Shown here one piece after another: positions 27,036 to 36,442 of a DNA stretch of 64,000 nucleotides (position 1 is its first letter; each line of letters starts with the position of its first letter). The notes under the pieces are model-generated. The model saw only the letters and a list, made by a program, of their open reading frames with translations, did no database searches and was not told where the DNA came from. A program made the position numbers and the translations under genes. The DNA is from Clostridiales bacterium. GTDB taxonomy: Bacteria; Actinomycetota; Coriobacteriia; Anaerosomatales; SLCP01. Location: the NCBI GenBank assembly GCA_018333995.1, contig JAGXSG010000008.1, positions 207,210 through 271,209 on the forward strand, written 5' to 3'.

Positions 27036-27335
27036 TTGCTGTGTGGCGTGGGAGGCCGTGTTGCGCACAGCCGTTCATCCAATTGAACCGCCTTTCGTCG
27101 CACAATGGTGACCGTACATACGATTTTCGGTTGGGCTTGCTAAAGTCTTCACTATTCAGTACCGAGTATCACAGCCGTTGGGGGACGGTGATTCTCGGCC
27201 TGTAAGATGGGCGCCTCGGCCGGGATGAGTCAGTGGCGCAACCCACCCAGACACGCAAGAGCCATGTAGGGGCTTGGCCGTTGCCTGGGGGCAGCGATGG
27301 CCGGCGACCGTTGTCTCAAGGGGGGAGCGTTCACC

Positions 27336-30300
27336 ATGTTGTACGCACTCGTCCGGGGTATACAAGTATTCGCCATTCGTACTCGCGTTCACTGTCGAGT
27401 GCGCGGCCGTTCGCTCGTGCTCGCTGTCACACTCGCGCTCGCGACAACGGTTCTCGTCGCGCCGATGCCGGCACTTGCGAACAACGCCGGCGGTGCACCC
27501 GCGAACTCCGGCCTCACGAGTCCGGTGCTCAGGGTCGAGCCTGTAGCGGGTCATGAGACGTTGAGCCAACTCGCGTGGTCGACTCAGAGCGGGGCCGCTC
27601 AATACGAGGTGCAGTGCGCGCTCGACAATCTATTCCGGCCCAACAGACTCACCGGTTCGGTGCGACTCGATGCGGCTACCAGCCGCTACCGCTTCGGTGG
27701 CCTCAGGCCGGGCACCACCTACTTCTACCGGGTCCGAGCGGTCGCTCCGGACGGCAGGACCAATGGTCCATGGTCAAACGTCGTCTTTTTCATCGATGGC
27801 AAAACACATGACGGCGCTAATCGACCGATCGCGGTTGCCGGTACAGGGTATGAGACGTGGATTCACGTGCCCATCACCCTCGACGCGCGGCTCTCACATG
27901 ATCCCGACGGCACCATCGCGAAGTACGAGTGGGATCTCGATGGGGACGGTGTGTACGACGTCACCACCATCGAACCCACTGTCGTTCACACGCCGACCAA
28001 GCCTGGTAACCGAAAGGTACACCTCCGGGTGACCGACAACTCCGGCCACACCGCCACCGACCGCACCTTCGTGAAGGTGCGCTACGACGCGTTCCCACCC
28101 ACGGCGGTCATTGTCGGCCCGGTTGAGGCCACTGTGGGAGATCTCGTGTTCTTCGACGGCTCGCTGAGCCGCGACAACGAGGGCTTCATTCAGAGCTACT
28201 CGTGGGACTTTGCCGCTGATGGCGAGTACGAGCACACTTCGCTCCTGCCCACGTGTCAGTACACTTTTTTCGTGCCAGGCGAGTGGGTCGTGCGCCTGGA
28301 CGTGCGCGACGCCAACGGTAATGTGGGCACGGCGTACCATACGATCCTCGTGACGCAGCCTACCGAGTTTCCGCCCGCTGCTCCCACCGGTCTTGTCGCC
28401 GCAGACACACCCGACGACGACAACGGGTCCATCACGCTTTCGTGGAACGCCAACGCCGAGACAGATCTGCTCGGCTACCGCATCTACCGCGGGATGAGCG
28501 CGGACGGACCGTTCATGCAGGTGGCCGACGCCGTGTCCAACAACTTTGTCGACACGGGGCTCTTCGACGGAGCAACGTACTACTACCACGTGATCGCGTA
28601 CGACGCTGTTGGTCTCGAGAGCCCGCCGAGTAACACCGTGAGCGCAGTCCCAGTCGATGATCTCGCGCCGACTGCACCCGCTTACATCTTCGCCGAGGAC
28701 GTCGCCGGTGACGAGAGCGGACAGGTCGTGGTCTCCTGGCTCGCGAGCGTCGCACGCGACCTCGCCGGCTATGTGGTCACCGTGGTCGATCCGCTGGGGA
28801 CCGTCATCGCGAACGCCGACGTGGGTATCGCGACCAGCCACACCTTCGAGGGGCTCGACAATGGCGTCACCTACATGTTCACCGTACGGGCCTACGATGA
28901 CGCCGGCAACTTCTCCGCGCTGAGCGACAAAGTGTACGCGGCCCCGGTCGATGACGTCGCGCCCGCCGCGCCTACGGATGTGAGCGTACTTGCCCCTGAG
29001 GGTGGCTCAGCGCTCACTATCCGCTGGAGCGGGAGCGATTCGGCAGATGTCGCCGGGCAGCGGCTCTATCGCGACGGAGCGCCGATCGCTGAGTTGGCCG
29101 CAGATGTGCGGGATTATGACGACCTCGGCGTCGAAAATGGAGTCGAGTACGCGTACCACGTTGAGGCGTATGACACCTCCGGTAACGTGAGCGAGCCGAG
29201 CAATAAAGCGACCGGTAGGCCGCACGACGCGCTCATGCCTGGCGCACCCGAGCTCTCGCCCATCGGCGTTCCCGTCGAGGGTGGCGCGCTTGAGCTGACG
29301 TGGCGTCCAAGCGACGTCGGGCAGACCATTGGATTCGCTGTCTACCGCGACGGCGGACTTGTGACAGAGATCAACGATTTGGGACGCGTGTGGCATATCG
29401 ACACGGGCCTGATCAACGGAACCTCATACGCGTATCACGTGGTTGCATACGGCCCTGAGGGCCGCGTCTCCCAGCCCAGCAATACCGTGAACGGCGTACC
29501 GTCAGACACCGTGCCCCCCGCCGTTCCCGTTGGGCTTTCGGCTGCGGACACTCCCGACGACGAGGGCGGGGCTATCGACCTCGCCTGGACGGCTAACACC
29601 GATGACACCGCAGGCTACCGCATTTACCGTGACGGGGTGCTCGTTGCCGATGCCGCGGGCGCAGGCGCCACCACCTTTACCGACTCAGGACTCACAAATG
29701 GTGCCGCCTACACCTACACGGTGACCGCCTACGACGCCGCAGGCAACGAGAGCGCGCCGAGTGCGTCCGCAAACGCCGTCTCCGCCGACAATCTCGCGCC
29801 CGAAGCGCCTGAATTCCTGCACGTGGCCCCGCTCGCCGAGGGAGGCGCGATCGTCCTTACGTGGAGCGGGAGTGTTTCGCCCGACACCGCAGGCTACCGC
29901 ATTTACCGTGGCGGGGTGCTCGTTGCCGATGCCGCGGGCGCAGGCGCCACCACCTTTACCGACTCAGGGCTCACGAACGGTGTCGCCTACACCTACACGG
30001 TGACCGCCTACGACGCCGCAGGCAACGAGAGCGCGCCGAGCGCGCAGGTTACAGGAACTCCGGCAGACACCGTGCCCCCCGCCGCGCCCGTTGGGCTTTC
30101 GGCTGCGGACACCCCTGACGACGTGGGCGGTGCGATCGATCTCGCCTGGACGGCTAACACCGATGACACCGCAGGCTACCGCATTTACCGTGACGGAGTG
30201 CTTGTTGCCGATGCCGCGGGCGCAGGCGCCACCACCTTCACCGACTCAGGACTCACAAACGGCGTCACCTACACCTACACGGTGACCGCCTACGACGCCG

Positions 30301-32639
30301 CAGGCAACGAGAGCGCGCCGAGCGCGCCCGTAAACGCCGTCGCATATATCAACTTGGACGTTATCGCGCCAACGGTGCCAGGGAGCTTAAAGGCGTTGCC
30401 CGGCAACGCGCAGGTGACGCTGACGTGGGATGCTTCATATGACACATTCGGGGTTACCGGTTACGAAATCTGGATCAAGCGCACAGTGGTTGGCGAGTGG
30501 AGGATGGCCGCCGAGGTCGACTCGCTGGCCTACACGCCTCTTGGTCTAGACAACGGCATCACGTACTACTTCAAGATCCGGGCGTTAGATGACGTCGGAA
30601 ACGTCAGCGGTTTCACGGCTGACGTCGGGGCTACTCCCATTAGGACACCTGCACCGCTAGAGACGGTGCGAATCGAGGATACGGATCCGCGCATCCAGTA
30701 CTCCGGACCGTGGGCAGCCTTCTTCGATCCCCGCTACTCTGCAGGATCCATCCGCGCACTGAACGCGAATGGCTCTGCGTCACTGACATTCAGTGGTACA
30801 GGCGTGTCTGTGAAAGCGTACAGTACTGAGGTGTGGAACCGTGGCATGATGGATGTCTTCTTGAACGGAGCGTTCGTCACCAGGGTCGACCTCTACAGCG
30901 CTACGCTGGACTTCACGGTTCCAGTGTTTGAGAGCCAGAACTTACGTGATGGCACCCATACAATCAGGCTGGTTTGGACTGGCGAAAAGAACCCAGCGTC
31001 ATCGATGACGATAATCGACATCGACCGCTTCGATATCACGACCGGACCCGATGTGATCGCTCCAGTTGTTCCATCCGGTCTTGTTGTCACGGATAAACAC
31101 AATGACGAGTCGGGAGCGGTTGCCATCACATGGAACGCAAACTCTGAGGCCGATCTTGCAGGATACCGCCTGTATCGCTCGGATTCGATCAACGGACCCT
31201 TCATGCTTGTGACAGAGTTCGATAGGGTCACGAGCTATACAGACCCAGGACTGCTTGCTCATCGGGTGTACTACTACCAGCTGTCAGCGGTCGACTTCTC
31301 GGGCAACGAGTCCGCACGGTCGGTCACTGCTTCCGGTTCGCCGCGTGACGATGTGCCTCCGGCGGTTCCCACTGGCCTTTCCGTGCTCGACCGGCCGGGC
31401 GATGAGGGTGATGCGCTGATCGTATCGTGGACAGCGAATACAGAGCTTGATCTGGCGGGCTACCGAGTCTACCGGTCGGCATCAGCGACCGGTCCATTTG
31501 CCCTCGTAGCGACGCTTGGCAAGGAATCAACAACGCACACAAACACCGGTCTCGCGAAGCAGACCACGTATCACTACAGAGTGACCGCGCTCGATACGGC
31601 TGGTAACGAGTCCGCCCAAAGCCCCGCTGCTTCGGCCAGGACCGTGGACAATGTGCGGCCCAGTGATCCCACGAGCCTCGTGATCTCAGACCGTCCGAAC
31701 GATGATGGGACCGCACTCATCTTGTCGTGGACAGCGAGCACGAGTGGGGACGTTGTCGGATACCGTGTCTACCGTGCCGTGACTCCCGAGGGTCCCTTCA
31801 CAATGGTCAGGCAGCAGGCAGGTCTCAGCTACACCGATAGCGGCCTGTCGCCTACGGTCACGTACTACTACTACGTGACCGCGATCGATGCGGAGCCTAA
31901 CGAGTCCGGCAGTAGCTGCACCGGCTCCGGGGTACCCAGGGAACATGTGGCGCCATCGGCGACACGGGGCCTGTTCATTGTGGGCGGCGACGGCTACGCA
32001 AGTCTTGCGTGGCTTCCCGCCACGGATAACATCGGCGTGATGGGCTATGAGGTCTGGATGAGGGAGGGCTCGGGGGGCTCATACGAGAAACTTGCGGACA
32101 ACGCCTCGACCGCGTATTGGAAGGTCGGCCTCAGCAACGGAACGTCTTACACGTTCCGAGTGCGAGCTTTCGATGGGTCCGGCAATCTGGGAGCGTGGAG
32201 CAACGAGTATTCGGTTGTGCCGGTTGTGGCGACGGGTCAACTTCTGACGACACGCATTGAGGAAACCGATCCAGCTATTGTCTATACCGGAACCTGGCAT
32301 CTCTGGCACGATTCGCGACACTCGGGTGGCTCGATGACGCACACGCGCCAGGCAGGCGCATCAGCCACGCTCACATTCTCCGGGACGGGCGTCCAAGTCC
32401 GGGTAGTCGGAACAAATGCTTCGAACAGGGGCATGGTCGATGTCTACATCAACGGCGCCTATCAGACCACTGTCGACATGTACTCGTCTCTCCTCGCAAC
32501 ACAATGGACCATCTTTGAGGCGACCGGACTGGCCGACGGTCAGCATACCTTGACGCTGATCGCGACTGGTACCAAGAACGTCAAGAGTGGCGACACCATC
32601 GTCGACATTGACTGCTTCGACATCATCCGGCCCAACTAG
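27336..32639 (+). CDS. very large secreted FN3/PKD/CBM-like repeat protein (1767 aa from ATG 27336)
   Basis: Signal peptide LVLAVTLALATTVLVAPMPALA. There are two PKD-like units (..YEWDLDGDG.., ..YSWDFAADGE..) and many FN3 units of the type DxPxDxGGxIxLxW....D.AGYRIYR...Y.Y.V.AYD..GNES. Two copies of a ~125-aa beta-sandwich domain (nt ~30660-31040 and ~32243-32636) are also present. No LPXTG, CWB2 or SLH anchor was seen. Confidence 0.85.
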   Translation: MLYALVRGIQVFAIRTRVHCRVRGRSLVLAVTLALATTVLVAPMPALANNAGGAPANSGLTSPVLRVEPVAGHETLSQLAWSTQSGAAQYEVQCALDNLFRPNRLTGSVRLDAATSRYRFGGLRPGTTYFYRVRAVAPDGRTNGPWSNVVFFIDGKTHDGANRPIAVAGTGYETWIHVPITLDARLSHDPDGTIAKYEWDLDGDGVYDVTTIEPTVVHTPTKPGNRKVHLRVTDNSGHTATDRTFVKVRYDAFPPTAVIVGPVEATVGDLVFFDGSLSRDNEGFIQSYSWDFAADGEYEHTSLLPTCQYTFFVPGEWVVRLDVRDANGNVGTAYHTILVTQPTEFPPAAPTGLVAADTPDDDNGSITLSWNANAETDLLGYRIYRGMSADGPFMQVADAVSNNFVDTGLFDGATYYYHVIAYDAVGLESPPSNTVSAVPVDDLAPTAPAYIFAEDVAGDESGQVVVSWLASVARDLAGYVVTVVDPLGTVIANADVGIATSHTFEGLDNGVTYMFTVRAYDDAGNFSALSDKVYAAPVDDVAPAAPTDVSVLAPEGGSALTIRWSGSDSADVAGQRLYRDGAPIAELAADVRDYDDLGVENGVEYAYHVEAYDTSGNVSEPSNKATGRPHDALMPGAPELSPIGVPVEGGALELTWRPSDVGQTIGFAVYRDGGLVTEINDLGRVWHIDTGLINGTSYAYHVVAYGPEGRVSQPSNTVNGVPSDTVPPAVPVGLSAADTPDDEGGAIDLAWTANTDDTAGYRIYRDGVLVADAAGAGATTFTDSGLTNGAAYTYTVTAYDAAGNESAPSASANAVSADNLAPEAPEFLHVAPLAEGGAIVLTWSGSVSPDTAGYRIYRGGVLVADAAGAGATTFTDSGLTNGVAYTYTVTAYDAAGNESAPSAQVTGTPADTVPPAAPVGLSAADTPDDVGGAIDLAWTANTDDTAGYRIYRDGVLVADAAGAGATTFTDSGLTNGVTYTYTVTAYDAAGNESAPSAPVNAVAYINLDVIAPTVPGSLKALPGNAQVTLTWDASYDTFGVTGYEIWIKRTVVGEWRMAAEVDSLAYTPLGLDNGITYYFKIRALDDVGNVSGFTADVGATPIRTPAPLETVRIEDTDPRIQYSGPWAAFFDPRYSAGSIRALNANGSASLTFSGTGVSVKAYSTEVWNRGMMDVFLNGAFVTRVDLYSATLDFTVPVFESQNLRDGTHTIRLVWTGEKNPASSMTIIDIDRFDITTGPDVIAPVVPSGLVVTDKHNDESGAVAITWNANSEADLAGYRLYRSDSINGPFMLVTEFDRVTSYTDPGLLAHRVYYYQLSAVDFSGNESARSVTASGSPRDDVPPAVPTGLSVLDRPGDEGDALIVSWTANTELDLAGYRVYRSASATGPFALVATLGKESTTHTNTGLAKQTTYHYRVTALDTAGNESAQSPAASARTVDNVRPSDPTSLVISDRPNDDGTALILSWTASTSGDVVGYRVYRAVTPEGPFTMVRQQAGLSYTDSGLSPTVTYYYYVTAIDAEPNESGSSCTGSGVPREHVAPSATRGLFIVGGDGYASLAWLPATDNIGVMGYEVWMREGSGGSYEKLADNASTAYWKVGLSNGTSYTFRVRAFDGSGNLGAWSNEYSVVPVVATGQLLTTRIEETDPAIVYTGTWHLWHDSRHSGGSMTHTRQAGASATLTFSGTGVQVRVVGTNASNRGMVDVYINGAYQTTVDMYSSLLATQWTIFEATGLADGQHTLTLIATGTKNVKSGDTIVDIDCFDIIRPN
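29503..30336 (+). repeat. three tandem FN3-encoding DNA repeats (~280 bp period), copies 1 and 3 >90% identical at nucleotide level
   Basis: 29503-29771 aligns by eye with 30064-30332 (offset 561), with roughly a dozen or so substitutions. 29885-30050 matches both (offsets 279 and 282). Confidence 0.9.
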
Positions 32640-32663
32640 AGCCCCAATTGCTCAAGCAATACT

Positions 32664-32694
32664 CCGTAGGAGCCGGCAAGTCCGGCTCCTACGG
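32664..32694 (+). terminator. putative terminator after the giant gene
   Basis: Perfect 13-bp stem CCGTAGGAGCCGG / CCGGCTCCTACGG with loop CAAGT, 25 nt after the stop. The downstream sequence is moderately T-rich (CATTGTGTATTCG). Confidence 0.6.
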
Positions 32695-32831
32695 CATTGT
32701 GTATTCGTGCGCATCTGGCAGGTTGTACCGGGCAAGATGGCCTACGAAGTGGTTCGGGGATAATCTGGTATCGTGACTCTGTTCGGTCTCTCCAGCATTT
32801 CCCTGTTTGCGTCTGTGTTCCGGAGGACCAA

Positions 32832-33827
32832 GTGAATCTTGCGGGCAAAAAAGTCGTCGTGACCGGCGCAGATGGCTTCATCGGAAGCCATCTGGTCGAG
32901 GAACTCGTGGCGCACGGTTCGCGCGTCACCGCATTCTGCTACTACAACTCGTTCAACTCCTGGGGTTGGCTCGACACCGTGGCACCGGAGGTCATGTCCG
33001 AGGTCGAAGTCTTCATGGGCGACGTGCGTGACTCTAATGGGGTCCGTACCGCGCTTAAAGACACTGATGTGGTGATGCACCTTGCGGCGCTCATCGGCAT
33101 TCCTTTCTCGTATCACTCGCCCGACAGCTACGTGGATACCAACGTCAAGGGCACGCTGAATGTGTTGCAGGCGGGACGCGATCTCGAGCTCGAGCGCATC
33201 GTGGTAACGAGCACGAGTGAGGTCTACGGCACTGCGCTCTACGTGCCCATCGATGAGAAGCATCCGCGCCAGGGCCAGTCGCCGTACTCGGCGTCGAAGA
33301 TCGGTGCGGATGCGATGGCGGAGTCGTTCTACCGCAGCTTCGGCCTGCCGGTGACGATCGTGCGCCCGTTCAACACCTACGGGCCGAGGCAGTCCGCCCG
33401 CGCAGTGATCCCCACCATCATCACGCAGCTCATGGGGGGCGTCGAAGAACTGCACCTGGGGTCGCTGAATCCCACCCGCGACCTTACTTACGTAGCCGAT
33501 TCGGCGGCGGGCTTCATAGCGCTTGCCGAGTGCGACGCGGCGGTGGGCAGGGACGTGAACCTCGGCGTGGGCGATGAGATCACGATCGGCGATCTGGCCG
33601 CGATGCTCATGGAGATCACCGGTCGCACGGTGCCGATTGTCTCAACAGACGAGCGTTTGCGGCCCGACAAGAGCGAGGTCGAGCGGCTGCTCTCGGACAA
33701 CTCGCTAGCCCGCGAGCTCACGAGCTGGTCGCCTCGGTACTCGCTACGCGAAGGTCTGGAGCGCACCGTGGAGTGGTTCGCCGACGACCGCAATCGTCAG
33801 GGCTACAAACTCGGCTACACAATCTAA
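32832..33827 (+). CDS. NAD-dependent NDP-sugar dehydratase/epimerase (extended SDR)
   Basis: KKVVVTGADGFIGSHL Rossmann motif and YSASK catalytic motif. GTG 32832 follows RBS GGAGGA. Track start 32697 is an extension. Confidence 0.8.
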   Translation: MNLAGKKVVVTGADGFIGSHLVEELVAHGSRVTAFCYYNSFNSWGWLDTVAPEVMSEVEVFMGDVRDSNGVRTALKDTDVVMHLAALIGIPFSYHSPDSYVDTNVKGTLNVLQAGRDLELERIVVTSTSEVYGTALYVPIDEKHPRQGQSPYSASKIGADAMAESFYRSFGLPVTIVRPFNTYGPRQSARAVIPTIITQLMGGVEELHLGSLNPTRDLTYVADSAAGFIALAECDAAVGRDVNLGVGDEITIGDLAAMLMEITGRTVPIVSTDERLRPDKSEVERLLSDNSLARELTSWSPRYSLREGLERTVEWFADDRNRQGYKLGYTI

Positions 33828-33837
33828 CGGAGGGCAC

Positions 33838-34557
33838 ATGGGCTCGCGTGCAGTCATACTCGCCGGCGGCAAGGGCACGCGTCTGGCTCCCTACACCACC
33901 GTGTTTCCCAAGCCGCTCATGCCGCTCGGTGACACGCCGATCCTCGAAATCGTGCTACGTCAGCTTGCCGCGCGTAGGTTCGACCGCGCGACACTGGCTG
34001 TCGGGCATCTTGCCGAGTTGATGGAGGCGTTCTTTGGCGACGGCTCGAAGTTCGGCATCGCGGTGGATTACTCGCGCGAGGAGCAGCCGCTCGGCACCGC
34101 CGGCCCGCTTGCGTCCATCGACGGGCTGGACGAGCCGTTCCTCGTTATGAACGGCGATGTGCTCACCACGCTCGACTACCGGACGTTCCTCGAGGAACAC
34201 ATCACTTCGGGCGCGGTTGCTTCGGTAGCGACCAAGAAGCGCTCCACGCGCATCGACTTCGGCATCGTGCAGACCAATGAGGCCGGGGATATCACCGGCT
34301 ATATCGAGAAACCCGAACACGAGTACCGCGTGAGCATGGGTGTCTACGCGTTCTCGCCGCCGGCCCTCGGTCACATCGCCGAGGGCGAACGGCTCGACTT
34401 CCCCGACCTCATCTTGCGGCTGCTCGCCGCCGAGGCGCGCGTGCGGGCCGTGCCGTTCGACGGGTACTGGCTCGACATCGGTCGTCACGATGACTTTGAC
34501 CGTGCGCAGGAGGAGTTCGAGGCCAAGCGTGAACTCTTCCTGCCGACGGGGGGCTAG
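33838..34557 (+). CDS. sugar-1-phosphate nucleotidylyltransferase (NTP_transferase family)
   Basis: AVILAGGKGTRLAPYTTVFPKPLMPL signature; 239 aa. Confidence 0.85.
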   Translation: MGSRAVILAGGKGTRLAPYTTVFPKPLMPLGDTPILEIVLRQLAARRFDRATLAVGHLAELMEAFFGDGSKFGIAVDYSREEQPLGTAGPLASIDGLDEPFLVMNGDVLTTLDYRTFLEEHITSGAVASVATKKRSTRIDFGIVQTNEAGDITGYIEKPEHEYRVSMGVYAFSPPALGHIAEGERLDFPDLILRLLAAEARVRAVPFDGYWLDIGRHDDFDRAQEEFEAKRELFLPTGG

Positions 34558-34558
34558 C

Positions 34559-35449
34559 GTGTCCGGAGTGCTCGTCACCGGTGCGGCTGGCTTTTTGGGA
34601 AGCGCGGTGTGTCGTGCGGCGCTCGCCGGAGGAGCGCCCGTACTCGGCCTCGTGCGTCCGGGCGAGTTGGTTGCTCCGATCGAAGGTGTGGAGTACTGCG
34701 AGTTAGACTGGGCTGGCACCGCCGCGATCGCTGGCGTGCTTGCCGAGGCGGCACCCGGACGGATCGTTCACTGCGCCGGTGCCACGCCGAGGGCGCAGAT
34801 GAGCATGAGCGATCTCTACGATGCCAACGTGCGGCTTGTCTGGCAGCTGCTCGACGCGGTGAAGGCGGTGGTCCCGCACGCGGGTGTCGTCGTCCCGAGT
34901 ACGGCGGCTGTCTACGGCCCTGCACCCGCAACCCCCGCAGCGGAAGACGAGCCGCTTAACCCCGTCACGCACTACGCCTGGAGCAAGGTGCTGGCCGAGG
35001 AGACGGTGCGAGCGTTTGCAACTGCCGACGGAGTGCGCGCGTGCGTTGCCCGCCCGTTCAACGTGCTCGGGGACGGTGAGCCGGCCGGTTCGGTGGTGAG
35101 CGACGTGGTCTCCCAGTTGCGCGAGGACCCGGATACTCCTGTGGTCCGGCTGCGCGAAATCGTCTCGGTTCGCGACTACATCTACGTGGGCGACGCGGTC
35201 GACGCACTTCTAGTACTCGCCGAGCGGGGAGCGCCGGGCGAGGTCTACAACGTGTGCACCGGCACCGGCGTCAGCATCGCCGAACTCGTGCGGACCATCC
35301 TCGATGTGTGGGGCTCTCGCGCTGCGATCGAGCCGACCATGCCGGATGCAACGGGTACTGTCTCGATCGGCTCGGCCACCAAGCTTCGCGCGCTCGGGTG
35401 GGGGCCCAGAGCATCTCTGCGCACGTCGGTGGAGCGGGCGAGTCGATGA
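34559..35449 (+). CDS. NAD-dependent epimerase/reductase (extended SDR)
   Basis: VLVTGAAGFLGSAV Rossmann motif and YAWSK catalytic motif. GTG 34559 lies 1 nt after the upstream stop. Track start 34340 is an extension. Confidence 0.75.
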   Translation: MSGVLVTGAAGFLGSAVCRAALAGGAPVLGLVRPGELVAPIEGVEYCELDWAGTAAIAGVLAEAAPGRIVHCAGATPRAQMSMSDLYDANVRLVWQLLDAVKAVVPHAGVVVPSTAAVYGPAPATPAAEDEPLNPVTHYAWSKVLAEETVRAFATADGVRACVARPFNVLGDGEPAGSVVSDVVSQLREDPDTPVVRLREIVSVRDYIYVGDAVDALLVLAERGAPGEVYNVCTGTGVSIAELVRTILDVWGSRAAIEPTMPDATGTVSIGSATKLRALGWGPRASLRTSVERASR

Positions 35450-36375
35450 GGGACCTGCGGACGAAGCTCAAGGGTGCGCTGAATCGCAGGGGGTTGCGTT
35501 GGCTGCGTTACACGCTGATGGCTGTCTCGGTGTTCCTGGCTCCGGGTGCGACACCTGAGGACGACCTGTCGCGAGCGATGGATCGCAAAGGCTTCAGGAC
35601 GATGCTCGCGGTGTTGTGGAGGCGTTCTGGCTACTTGCAGTCGTTAGGGGTCACGAGGGTCTTGTTTCGGGAAGGCTGTTGGATCCATCAGAACGACGGG
35701 CAGTACATCCTCGCCGACGAGGGAGGTCGACCGGTCGCGACCACCGAACAGCTCATCGAACTGGCACGTGAGAACTGGGAGTTCACGTACGCCCCAGGTC
35801 CTGGGGATGTGGTAGTGGACATCGGAGCGGGCACTGGTACCGAGGTCGTTCACTGGGCACGAAGTGTGGGTCCCACCGGCAAGGTAATCGCCGTCGAAGC
35901 GCACCCGGGGACGTTCGCGCGCCTGCGGCTCCTCTGCGAACTCAATGGATGGTCGAACGTCCAGGCCGTGAATGTAGCCGTGTCTGAAGTCTCAGGAAGG
36001 GTCACGATCGAAGACCCGGATCTTGATATCACTGCTAGCATCATGACTGGCAAGGGGAGCATCTCTGTGCCGAGCGTGACGATTGATCAGCTGATTACCC
36101 AGACCCAGCTTAGGTCGGTCGACTACCTCAAGATGAACATAGAAGGTGCCGAGACGCTTGCGCTGAAGGGAATGGTCGAGAGTGCAGACCGCATACGACG
36201 GATATGTGTGTCGTGCCACGATTTCCGGGCCGATTGGGGCGACGGAGACTACTACCGAACCAAGGATGAAGTGATTCGCCTGTTGAGGCAGCTCGGATTC
36301 AGGGTGGAGGTACTGCGGGCTTCACAATCCCAGCCCTGGCTTCGCGACCAGGTCAGCGGATTTCGTGACGTGTAG
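35446..36375 (+). CDS. FkbM-family SAM-dependent methyltransferase
   Basis: SAM motif VVDIGAGTGTEVV followed by the ..VIAVEAHP.TF..L pattern typical of FkbM-type enzymes. ATG 35446 overlaps the upstream TGA (ATGA). Confidence 0.7.
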   Translation: MRDLRTKLKGALNRRGLRWLRYTLMAVSVFLAPGATPEDDLSRAMDRKGFRTMLAVLWRRSGYLQSLGVTRVLFREGCWIHQNDGQYILADEGGRPVATTEQLIELARENWEFTYAPGPGDVVVDIGAGTGTEVVHWARSVGPTGKVIAVEAHPGTFARLRLLCELNGWSNVQAVNVAVSEVSGRVTIEDPDLDITASIMTGKGSISVPSVTIDQLITQTQLRSVDYLKMNIEGAETLALKGMVESADRIRRICVSCHDFRADWGDGDYYRTKDEVIRLLRQLGFRVEVLRASQSQPWLRDQVSGFRDV

Positions 36376-36442
36376 TCCGGTAGCCCCATGCTATGATGGC
36401 GCAGTTCTGACCACCAGCGATGAGGCACGGTGGGTCCCCTTC

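Noticed and set aside
27297-27335. GTG 27297 as the start of the giant gene
   Set aside because: ATG 27336 is preceded by GGGGGAG at 9 nt and yields a sensible n-region plus signal peptide. The 13 extra residues add nothing recognisable.
29503-30336. Possibility that the regular ~280-bp repeats are a CRISPR array or satellite
   Set aside because: The period is far too long and there are no short unique spacers. The repeats are in frame and encode FN3 domains of one continuous ORF.
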